DNA from: an uncultured Gammaproteobacteria bacterium
GTDB lineage: Bacteria; Patescibacteriota; Patescibacteriia; Magasanikbacterales; GWA2-37-8
Length of the DNA: 64,000 nt
NCBI GenBank assembly: GCA_964514995.1
Contig: CAZETA010000001.1
Coordinates: 15,148 to 79,147, forward strand
Direction of reading: 5' to 3'
Within the stretch, counting starts at the first letter, position 1. Each line of letters opens with the position of its first letter. Positions 48,545 through 56,559 of this stretch are shown here, in pieces. The notes under the pieces are model-generated. The model made no database searches, had not been told where the DNA came from, and saw only the letters and a program-made list of their open reading frames with translations. The translations under genes and the position numbers were made by a program.

Positions 48545-49243
48545 ATGCGTCTGTTATTAGTAGAAGACGAAGAAAATATTGCGATGCCGCTGCGTACCGG
48601 TCTTGAGGCTGAATGTTTTGTTATTGATGTGGCTGCTGATGGAGAGCGGGGTTCATTTTTGGCTCGTACCAATGAGTATGATGTGATTATTTTGGACAAC
48701 ATGTTGCCGAAAAAAAACGGTAGGTTGATTTGTCAAGAAATACGCCAAGATGGGAAGACCGTGCCAATCCTGATCCTGTCTGTTTTAAACGAGGTTGATA
48801 CCAAAGTAGATCTTCTAAATGCGGGCGCTGATGACTATCTCACAAAACCGTTTTCATTCACTGAATTATTAGCGCGAGTTCGGGCGTTGTTGCGACGTCA
48901 GTCCCACATTACTGAAGAAGTGCTCAAAATTGGAGATATCATTCTGGAAGTGCAGGCCCATCGCGTGAAGCGGGGAGAGCGAGAAATTTATTTAACCAGA
49001 AAAGAATTCATCTTGCTTGAATATTTTATGCGAAATCCGGGTGTAGTTTTGTCGCGCGGTAAAATTATGGAACATGTATGGGATATCAATGCCGACCCAT
49101 TCTCTAATACGATTGAAGCGCATATCCGTAGTCTTCGCCAGAAGCTCCAGCTGTCGCGTGACAGTAAGTGCATTCAGACTATTCCGGGTCGCGGTTATCG
49201 GATTGAGTGGCTGTCAACGATAGCTGTTTCGAATAAAGTATAG
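48545..49243 (+). CDS. OmpR/PhoB-family response regulator
   Basis: LLLVEDE, IILDNMLP (phospho-Asp), GADDYLTKPF, winged helix LT.KEF.LL...HIRSLRQKL...TIPGRGY. Confidence 0.95.
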   Translation: MRLLLVEDEENIAMPLRTGLEAECFVIDVAADGERGSFLARTNEYDVIILDNMLPKKNGRLICQEIRQDGKTVPILILSVLNEVDTKVDLLNAGADDYLTKPFSFTELLARVRALLRRQSHITEEVLKIGDIILEVQAHRVKRGEREIYLTRKEFILLEYFMRNPGVVLSRGKIMEHVWDINADPFSNTIEAHIRSLRQKLQLSRDSKCIQTIPGRGYRIEWLSTIAVSNKV

Positions 49244-49358
49244 TAGGTAATTTGAAATTTATTTTATAATTTTTTTAACTTTTCTTTATTTCCATCCTGC
49301 TATCATATACGCCATAGTCTTGTATAAAAGTCGAAGACTGTTATGTACTATATCGTAT

Positions 49359-49478
49359 ATGGCATATATGAAAAAAATGATTGAAGAAATTTTGTTGCAC
49401 AGGGAGGCTCGTGATGCTCAGTACCTCACGACGCTGGTTGCGCACGAAGTGCACGTCGGAGATCCTTGGTTTGGTTGA
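49359..49478 (+). CDS. Putative ComX-like pheromone precursor peptide (36-39 aa, ends GDPWFG)
   Basis: Below the ORF-track cutoff. In-frame ATGs at 49359, 49368 and 49377 give (MAY)MKKMIEEILLHREARDAQYLTTLVAHEVHVGDPWFG. Upstream TGcTATCAT extended -10 at 49298-49306. Lies between the regulator and the kinase. Confidence 0.7.
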   Translation: MAYMKKMIEEILLHREARDAQYLTTLVAHEVHVGDPWFG

Positions 49479-49552
49479 TTTGAACAGGCTGTGTAATGGC
49501 CGCAGTCGCTCTTAGAAGGGCAAGTGTGGGAGGGAGAGGCAATTCATTGAGT

Positions 49553-51010
49553 ATGCAACATATTAAGAATTGGCTTTACCAGCTTGTACGTCCGAGAGCG
49601 ACTGAAGAGGATGTGGCGCGTCGAGAATTTATTTTGAATATATTATTGAGCGGTTCAATTGTTTTAATATTTTGTGTTACCATCCTTAATGGGGTTCACG
49701 GATTAGTTGTCACTGACAGGGATAGCTTTGAGAGGAATTCTCTCTCTTTTTTCCTCTTATTTCTAACCTTATTATTTTTTCTACTTCTCTATTTTTTATC
49801 ACGTCGAGGTTTTATCCGTACGGCTTCCTCATTGCTTTTGACCGGCTATCTTATCCTAGCGGCTTTGATGGGGTATAAATGGGGAGTTGATCTGCAGGCG
49901 GAAATTCTCTTATTCGTACTCGTAATTGTGATGACAGGAATTTTAATGAGTGCTCAGGCGGCGGTTTTTCTTACCCTTGGCATTGCGATATTTTTGTTTG
50001 GACTTAATTATCTTCAACGGGCTCAGTTTGTAATTACTAGTCGTGAGTGGCGTACAAATATGTGGGGGCCGGTTGAGGTGTTAGTAACCGTCTTGATTTT
50101 TGGGGTTATTACCACAGTATCATGGCTCTCTAATCGTGAAATTGGTAGGGCGCTTGGCAGGGCACGTCATTCTGAGAGTGAGTTAAAAAAAGAACGTGAT
50201 TTACTGGAGGTAAAAATAGAGGAGCGCACTCAAGAGCTGAAATTAGCTCAAATGGAAAAAATGACGCAACTATATAGATTTGCCGAATTTGGACGGCTTT
50301 CTTCAGGGTTATTTCATGATTTGACTAATCATTTGAGTGCGCTGTTATTAAATGTTGAGCAAATTCAGTCACAAGCATCTGAGTTAGAGCCGGCAGCAGC
50401 ATGTTTGAATCAGGCGAGGAGAGCGAGTGACAGAATGAAGGATTTTATTGTGGCGATTCGTAAGCAAATGGCGGGCGAGCAGTCGATTGCTGCGTTTTCT
50501 GTAAACGAAGAAATTGAAGAAGTGCTGCAGGTGCTTTCGTATAAGGCTCGCCAGCATAATGTTGCTTTTAAATTTGATTTTTCCGAGCTGGTTTGTATTA
50601 CCGGCGATCGGACTAAATGCAGCCAAATCATCATCAATCTGGTCGCTAATGCTATTGATGCGTACGTGGGGCGTCCAAATCTTGATAGTCGAGTTGTGTC
50701 CGTTGTTTTGAATCGCACCGATACGGAAATTCTCCTGAGAGTAACTGATAAAGGTGTGGGCATTCCAGAATCATTGCGAGCTAAAATTTTTGAACCTTTT
50801 TTTACTACCAAAGAATTTTCTCGCGGTACCGGTCTTGGTTTGTCTTTATCAAAAAGAATTATTGAGAAAGATTTTTCAGGCACTATTACTGTAGAAAGTG
50901 AAGAAGGGCTATACACAACTTTTTCTGTCACTTTTCCTCTCGCGCTGTATGTCGAACAAAAAATTACTTACCCAACAACTGCTGTTTCTCAAACAACAGC
51001 AGCAGGCTGA
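49553..51010 (+). CDS. Membrane sensor histidine kinase (about 6 TM, HisKA plus HATPase)
   Basis: H-box GLFHDLTN, N-box NLVANAIDA, DKGVGI, IFEPFFTTK, GTGLGL. The ATG at 49496 is an alternative start. Confidence 0.92.
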   Translation: MQHIKNWLYQLVRPRATEEDVARREFILNILLSGSIVLIFCVTILNGVHGLVVTDRDSFERNSLSFFLLFLTLLFFLLLYFLSRRGFIRTASSLLLTGYLILAALMGYKWGVDLQAEILLFVLVIVMTGILMSAQAAVFLTLGIAIFLFGLNYLQRAQFVITSREWRTNMWGPVEVLVTVLIFGVITTVSWLSNREIGRALGRARHSESELKKERDLLEVKIEERTQELKLAQMEKMTQLYRFAEFGRLSSGLFHDLTNHLSALLLNVEQIQSQASELEPAAACLNQARRASDRMKDFIVAIRKQMAGEQSIAAFSVNEEIEEVLQVLSYKARQHNVAFKFDFSELVCITGDRTKCSQIIINLVANAIDAYVGRPNLDSRVVSVVLNRTDTEILLRVTDKGVGIPESLRAKIFEPFFTTKEFSRGTGLGLSLSKRIIEKDFSGTITVESEEGLYTTFSVTFPLALYVEQKITYPTTAVSQTTAAG

Positions 51011-52628
51011 CGGATCTTTTTTTGATATGACTGGAGTGCCGTCGCTACTTGCCACTGCTCTTATTCTAGATGCCTTAGCTATTGTACCTGACGAACCGTT
51101 ACTCGCAGAAATAAAAGATAAAGCAGCCCGGTATTTGTTAAGCGCCAAAAATTCAGATTGGATTTTTCCTGTGCCCCTAGGCACAACCTGTATAATCCTT
51201 GCGGCTTTGACAAAGTACAATCGTGAGCTTGTCGAAGGGAGGGCTTTGGCAAATTTGTTACTAACGCTTACGGGCCATGAAGTCCAGGAAGGTGGGCCCT
51301 ATAAGACGAATATATTAGTAAGTTTGGTCGGCCAGGAGAGTCTACCACCAATTGATGTTGGCGCTAATGCGGCAATCGGTTATTTTTTGGCAGGCCAGAG
51401 CGTGCGCTTACCGCAACTTTCAGCCTTTATTGACCAAGCGCAACTGCATAATAAATTTGAGTCAAATGAGTTTGGTGCGACGTTAGTTCAACGACTCGTC
51501 TCTAAGGTATCTGGTAGACCTGCCAGACTTCAGTCCCAGACAAGTGGATTGGAGCAAACGCCAGCGGTAGCCATGGCCTGGGCAATAGAGGACAGTGGTG
51601 TTGCGACAATCCCGCTGGTAGAAAATATAGTCCCAGACATAGCCGAAGCACAGATGTTTGAGCTTATAAAACAAGAAGCTCGGGGGCGTTTTTCAGTTTT
51701 GGCAGACGAGCTACAACAGTTGGCTTTGGGGCAATTAGAAAAAAGCGTTGCTGGCAATAGTAATAAACAAATGTCGCTCATGCCGTTTTATTTTCGAGAA
51801 GCGTTGGGTGAAAAAGGTAAGATGTTTTCGGATGTATATATTGCTCGACTGGGACTAGCAAATATTTTATTTTGGACAGCTTTTATTATCTACGATGATT
51901 TTTGGGATAAGGACGAAGCTGCCTTGCCTCATTTATTGCCCACAGCCAATGTGTATGCTCGTGAATTTATTAAATTTTTCACAGAGATTTTAGCGCCCGC
52001 CTCTGGCTTGCAAGCTTTTTTTCATGCCCTAATGGACAAGTTAGACGCAGCCAATACTTGGGAAACTTTGCATTGTCGCACAGCTGTAGCCGATAGTTTT
52101 TTTAAGCGACCCTTTTGTTTGCCAGAGTTTGACGATTATGAGAAAAAATACGAACCAGCTTCAGCCCATATACTTGGTTCGGTAGTATTATTTTACCAGC
52201 TTGGATTTCCTATTGGTTCAGAGGAGATGAATGCGCTAATTAGTTATTTTAGAAACTACCTTATTCCCATGCAGATAAATGATGATCTGCATGATTGGCA
52301 GGAGGACATGACTCGAGGGCATCTAAGTACGGTAGTAACTATGTTGTTAGAAGATTTGGGGTCTGACCGGGAACAGATTGATTTAGTAAACGACATGGCA
52401 GAGTTGGAATATATGTTTTGGTCTAAGACATTGCCACGAGCTGGCGCGCTAGCTCATAACTATCTTGATAAGGCTCGCACTGCCTTGTATAGTTTATCTA
52501 TCATCGAGAATCGAGCGCCTCTAGAAAGATTTATTATCGGTATTGAACAATCAATCGACGCGGCTTTGAAAGAAAGGGATTTGGTTAGCGATTTTTTAAA
52601 ATATTTTGAAGTTTCGCGGCCACGATAA
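50949..52628 (+). CDS. Two-domain isoprenoid enzyme: degenerate prenyltransferase/terpene-cyclase alpha-barrel plus class I isoprenoid-synthase (ComQ-like) domain
   Basis: N-terminal FLKQQQQADGSF QW-like motif; C-terminal Asp-rich motifs YDDFWD and QINDDLHDWQED. Confidence 0.75.
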   Translation: MSNKKLLTQQLLFLKQQQQADGSFFDMTGVPSLLATALILDALAIVPDEPLLAEIKDKAARYLLSAKNSDWIFPVPLGTTCIILAALTKYNRELVEGRALANLLLTLTGHEVQEGGPYKTNILVSLVGQESLPPIDVGANAAIGYFLAGQSVRLPQLSAFIDQAQLHNKFESNEFGATLVQRLVSKVSGRPARLQSQTSGLEQTPAVAMAWAIEDSGVATIPLVENIVPDIAEAQMFELIKQEARGRFSVLADELQQLALGQLEKSVAGNSNKQMSLMPFYFREALGEKGKMFSDVYIARLGLANILFWTAFIIYDDFWDKDEAALPHLLPTANVYAREFIKFFTEILAPASGLQAFFHALMDKLDAANTWETLHCRTAVADSFFKRPFCLPEFDDYEKKYEPASAHILGSVVLFYQLGFPIGSEEMNALISYFRNYLIPMQINDDLHDWQEDMTRGHLSTVVTMLLEDLGSDREQIDLVNDMAELEYMFWSKTLPRAGALAHNYLDKARTALYSLSIIENRAPLERFIIGIEQSIDAALKERDLVSDFLKYFEVSRPR

Positions 52629-52711
52629 TTATCAGTTAATATTTGTGGAAACGGTTCTGTTGAATAAATAGAGTCTTTTTGTTACTATAAAAATATTGTT
52701 GTAATCAAAAA

Positions 52712-53296
52712 ATGCAGAATATAAATAATAAGAATATGTTATATCAATGGCAAAAGATTATGGTAGGTATCTTTATTGGTCTGGTGCTTGTCGGTTTTTC
52801 CATTCCTCAATTTAGCCAGGCTCAAGAAGTAGAAACAACAACTAATCCCAATGTGCTAGAAGCGACTCCTCAAAATGTTTCCAATACGGATTTTGATGGG
52901 GCGCAACCAAACGCAGTAGAGCCAACGGCAGGTTCTGCTGGTCCTAGTATTATGAAAAACTTGCAGTTTTTCGGCGATCTATTAGGGATGAAAGCGACTG
53001 ATCCTCGTGCTATTTTAGCGCGACTAGTTAAGTCGGCTTTGAGTCTTCTGGGTATTATTGTGCTTGTCTTGATTTTATGGAGTGGTCTTAAATATATGAC
53101 GGCTGGCGGTGATGAGGAGCGGGCAAAAAATGCTCGAAGTACTTTTGTGAATACGCTTATTGGTCTGTTTATTATTCTAGCGGCTTACAGTATTGTTAAT
53201 TTTGTTTTCGGTGCCCTAACGGGCGCAATCGTGCCTATTGATAATAATAGCGCTCCAGTAAGCCCGGCAAATCCTGACCCTGTAGTTAATCCGTAG
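52712..53296 (+). CDS. CPR-type pilin (TrbC/VirB2-like TM hairpin)
   Basis: Signal peptide; LLGII.LVLILWSG.KYMTAGGDEE.AK.AR....N.LIGL.IIL.AYSIV.FV. Confidence 0.8.
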   Translation: MQNINNKNMLYQWQKIMVGIFIGLVLVGFSIPQFSQAQEVETTTNPNVLEATPQNVSNTDFDGAQPNAVEPTAGSAGPSIMKNLQFFGDLLGMKATDPRAILARLVKSALSLLGIIVLVLILWSGLKYMTAGGDEERAKNARSTFVNTLIGLFIILAAYSIVNFVFGALTGAIVPIDNNSAPVSPANPDPVVNP

Positions 53297-53375
53297 AAGA
53301 AATTTTCTTGACGCACTATTTGAGGAGCGTATAATAAAATTATAGTCAGTGCTAATTCATGTTAATTTTTTTCAT

Positions 53376-53525
53376 ATGTTGTGGACTATCGCAGTTATCC
53401 TTTTTGTTCTTTGGCTCCTTGGCTTCGTAGGTTTTCATGTTTTAGGATCATTTATTCATATTTTATTAGTGCTTGCGATTATTGCCGTGCTCATTCGGCT
53501 CATACAGGGCCAAAAGGTTTTGTAG
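53376..53525 (+). CDS. lmo0937-family small membrane protein (49 aa)
   Basis: Not in the ORF track: MLWTIAVILFVLWLLGFVGFHVLGSFIHILLVLAIIAVLIRLIQGQKVL. Confidence 0.85.
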   Translation: MLWTIAVILFVLWLLGFVGFHVLGSFIHILLVLAIIAVLIRLIQGQKVL

Positions 53526-53546
53526 CATAGTAAATATTTTGAAACT

Positions 53547-53584
53547 AAAAATCCCCGCTCAGAAATTTGAACGGGGATTTTTTA
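53547..53584. terminator. Bidirectional intrinsic terminator
   Basis: AAAAATCCCCG...CGGGGATTTTTTT between convergent genes. Confidence 0.8.
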
Positions 53585-53593
53585 TAGCTGAGA

Positions 53594-53875
53594 TTATAGA
53601 ACTGCTTCCTTTGCAGCTTTAGCAACACGGAATTTAACTACTGTTTTTGCTGGAATATTGATAGTAGCGCCGGTAGCTGGATTGCGTCCCTGGCGAGCTT
53701 TTCGCTGTACTTTTACCAATTTGCCAAGTCCTGGCACGACGAATACGCCGCTTTTCTTAACTTCCTTGTACGCCATTTCTGTCATAGCGTCCAAGAATCC
53801 ACCAACGTCTTTTTTACTCATGCCCGTTTTGTCCGCCATAGCGGCGAGGAGGGCTGATTTTGTTAAACCGGCCAT
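53594..53875 (-). CDS. HU-family DNA-binding protein (divergent paralogue)
   Basis: TKS.L...A; PGLGKL....RKARQGRNPATG.TI.IPAK.VVKF. Confidence 0.92.
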   Translation of the reverse strand: MAGLTKSALLAAMADKTGMSKKDVGGFLDAMTEMAYKEVKKSGVFVVPGLGKLVKVQRKARQGRNPATGATINIPAKTVVKFRVAKAAKEAVL

Positions 53876-54022
53876 ATATATTATGGTTATGAATTAAATT
53901 TGACCTGGGTTAATGATAGCAAATCCTTAGGAAAATGCAAACTTTTGTCAATAGACGACCTGTGAACCTTTCTTTTTACGCTTGATTAGTATATACTATT
54001 GATACTCAATTAACAATGTTAT

Positions 54023-54373
54023 ATGCAAGACCTACAAGAAATATTTAATCGCATGCAGGAAACAAAAAAGAAACAAAAGGATATCCGCAGTGCGTATAAG
54101 GATGCCTTAGCCGCATCGGAAGAGTACAAAGAAATTGGCGACAAAATCAAAACTTTGCGCGAACGCAAGAAACAGATTGAAAACACAATAAAAGAATCTT
54201 TTGCTAGCGAATTGACCAAGCTGGATGACTTTAAGATAGATCTTGAGTCTGACGCGACCATGCTCAGTGATATGGCTATGACTAAACTTATGAAAGGGGA
54301 GACGGTCGAGGTGGTCGACCAGTATAACAATACTTATCAGCCAGTGTTTACTGTCAAATTCAAGAAGGCATAA
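54023..54373 (+). CDS. Hypothetical coiled-coil protein
   Basis: 116-aa helical ORF followed by a terminator-like hairpin (54395-54432). Confidence 0.75.
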   Translation: MQDLQEIFNRMQETKKKQKDIRSAYKDALAASEEYKEIGDKIKTLRERKKQIENTIKESFASELTKLDDFKIDLESDATMLSDMAMTKLMKGETVEVVDQYNNTYQPVFTVKFKKA

Positions 54374-54518
54374 CATAATCTTTTGTACTTTGTCATCCAA
54401 AAACTGCTCTCTGGTAGAGCTGTTTTATGGATCAAAAATTACAGTTAGTTTATATAGGAAAAAATATTTTTTTCTGTTATACTATAAGTGGCTTTTTCAG
54501 CCATCTTGTTTTTAGAGT

Positions 54519-56156
54519 ATGAACGAAGTTAGTAGGGCTACGAAGCGGCCAGTCGGCTATTGGACGATGCGACTGTTGTTTTTTGTTGCTGTTTCCTGCT
54601 TTTCATTATTGGCTTCTGCTGTTCGGGCTGCGACCCTCTCAGTTTCTCCCGCTACAGGAAATTTTGCTACCCAAAATACCATTACTGTCAGTGTGGAAGT
54701 AAATACTAGTCAGGCGGTCAATGGTGTAGAAGGGGTGTTGGAATTTCCTACCAGCAAACTTGAGTTGCTTCGTTTCAGCAAGGCTCGTTCCGTTATGTCT
54801 ATGTGGGTACAAGAACCTTCCTTTTCCAATGGTGGCCAGACCGGCTCGTTCCAGTTTTCAGCTATTAAACTGAACCCTGGTTTTGTGGGTTCTAGAGGCA
54901 ACGTTATTGATCTGGTCTTCAGAGTAAAAGATGCTGGCGTGGCAAATCTTACGTTTTCTTCAGGTTCGGTCTTAGCTAACGATGGCAAAGGGAGTAATCT
55001 ATTAAACTCTTTTGGTTCGGCTGTATTTACTTTGACAAAACCCCAAGGTCAATCTGGCAATGTGGTTGGTGCGTCGAATCAAGATAGCAATTCGTTGCCT
55101 GTACTTTTACGCAATGGATCGCTTCCTTTGCCGCAAGTAAAATATTGGATACAGGATCAAATAGGCAAAGATGTTCTGTTTAATACGAGTGATGCCGATC
55201 CAAAATGGAGCAATATGCCATACGCGAAAATGAGTTGGCAAGTGCCGCCAGATATTACCGGTGTGGTCACGGCGCTTGATGAAAATCCTGACACACAACC
55301 ACAAACAAAACCTGAAAATTTAACCAGCGGTAATTCTCAGACCCTGCCACTCCTGCAAGAAGGCAAACATTATTTCCATATCAGATTCTATAATGCGGCT
55401 GGAGCTGGGCCAACACTCCACATGCCGGTATTTATAGACCTTAATGAGCCGAAGCATTTTTCCATTGATTTTGTTGGTTCGCAAACAACCGGCCGCGGCA
55501 TTCATTCAACCTCCAATCCTTATCCGCGGGCAATATTTTTTACGGAGGATAATTTATCAGGCATTGATAAGTACATGTACAGCTTAAATGGGAGCGATTT
55601 TTTAGATGTGCCATTGGAACGGGATAATACTTTTATCTTGCCCAAACTTCCCGCCGAAGTGAGACAGGATTTGGTGGTTCGCGCCTTTGATCTGGCGGGC
55701 AATTCCGTAGATGCGAGTGTGGTTGTGGCCGTTGAACCTGTTGTGCTGCCGGTGATTACTCATTTTCCGCATAGCGCTGATACTGCCGGTACAGGTTTGG
55801 TTGTAGAAGGCCGAGCGGCGCCCGGTTCGCAAGTTGAAGTAGTATTTGAAAGAAAAGATGAACAGCCGTTAGTATTAACTACTAAGACGGATGATAACGG
55901 TAATTGGCGCCTGGTCTATGCCAAAGATATTGAGTCAGGTGTATATGAAGCGAGAGTTCGACAAGTGCTCGACAATGGAGCTGAAAGCTCATTTACTGAA
56001 CCAGTTACCATACGGATTAACCTGTGGTCAGGAAAATTGGTGTCTTGGCTTAATCGGTTTAATATCTATATTATACTGTTCCTGCTGTTTGCAGCTGCTG
56101 AGTTGACTACGTTGTATTATTATCGTAGAGCTATAAAAAGAATACAGAAAATATAG
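54519..56156 (+). CDS. Surface protein with cohesin-like and Ig-like domains and a C-terminal TM
   Basis: Signal peptide; ATLSVSP...VNGVEG.L.FP...WVQEP...VLANDG.G; EDNLSGID.Y...VRAFDLAGN; TKTDDNGNW. Confidence 0.8.
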   Translation: MNEVSRATKRPVGYWTMRLLFFVAVSCFSLLASAVRAATLSVSPATGNFATQNTITVSVEVNTSQAVNGVEGVLEFPTSKLELLRFSKARSVMSMWVQEPSFSNGGQTGSFQFSAIKLNPGFVGSRGNVIDLVFRVKDAGVANLTFSSGSVLANDGKGSNLLNSFGSAVFTLTKPQGQSGNVVGASNQDSNSLPVLLRNGSLPLPQVKYWIQDQIGKDVLFNTSDADPKWSNMPYAKMSWQVPPDITGVVTALDENPDTQPQTKPENLTSGNSQTLPLLQEGKHYFHIRFYNAAGAGPTLHMPVFIDLNEPKHFSIDFVGSQTTGRGIHSTSNPYPRAIFFTEDNLSGIDKYMYSLNGSDFLDVPLERDNTFILPKLPAEVRQDLVVRAFDLAGNSVDASVVVAVEPVVLPVITHFPHSADTAGTGLVVEGRAAPGSQVEVVFERKDEQPLVLTTKTDDNGNWRLVYAKDIESGVYEARVRQVLDNGAESSFTEPVTIRINLWSGKLVSWLNRFNIYIILFLLFAAAELTTLYYYRRAIKRIQKI

Positions 56157-56170
56157 TTATCAGTGGTAAT

Positions 56171-56202
56171 AAAAAATCCCCGGATTATGCCGAGGATTTT
56201 TT
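56171..56202. terminator. Bidirectional intrinsic terminator
   Basis: AAAAAATCCCCGG...CCGAGGATTTTTT between convergent genes. Confidence 0.75.
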
Positions 56203-56224
56203 AATTTCTATTACTTTATGCACT

Positions 56225-56503
56225 TTATGCCTTCAATGCATCCTTCAGTGCTTTTCCGGCTTTGAATTTTGGTACGGTGACAGCGGCGATTTGAATTTTT
56301 TCAGATGGGTTCTGTGGATTTACGCCCTGTCTAGCGGCGCGCTGTTTGGCCGAGAAAGCGCCGAAGCCGGTAAGCACCACTTCCTCACCTTTTTTCAGTT
56401 GTACTATGATGGTGTCCAAAAGGGAGTTCAGCACGGTTTCTACTTGGCCTTTCGGCATGTTCAAGCTTTCAGCGACTGCTTGTGATAAATCTGCTTTATT
56501 CAT
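56225..56503 (-). CDS. hup: DNA-binding protein HU
   Basis: MNKADL; GFGAF....RAARQGVNPQ; PKFKAGKALKDAL. Confidence 0.93.
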   Translation of the reverse strand: MNKADLSQAVAESLNMPKGQVETVLNSLLDTIIVQLKKGEEVVLTGFGAFSAKQRAARQGVNPQNPSEKIQIAAVTVPKFKAGKALKDALKA

Positions 56504-56559
56504 ATGGTTTTTGAAATATATTAAAGATTAATTATTTTTTATACTATATCACGACTTTT

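Noticed and set aside
42005-49334. Shared 12-mer TATAAAAGTCGA in the nuclease and peptide promoter regions
   Set aside because: Many 12-mer matches are expected by chance in 64 kb of AT-rich DNA.
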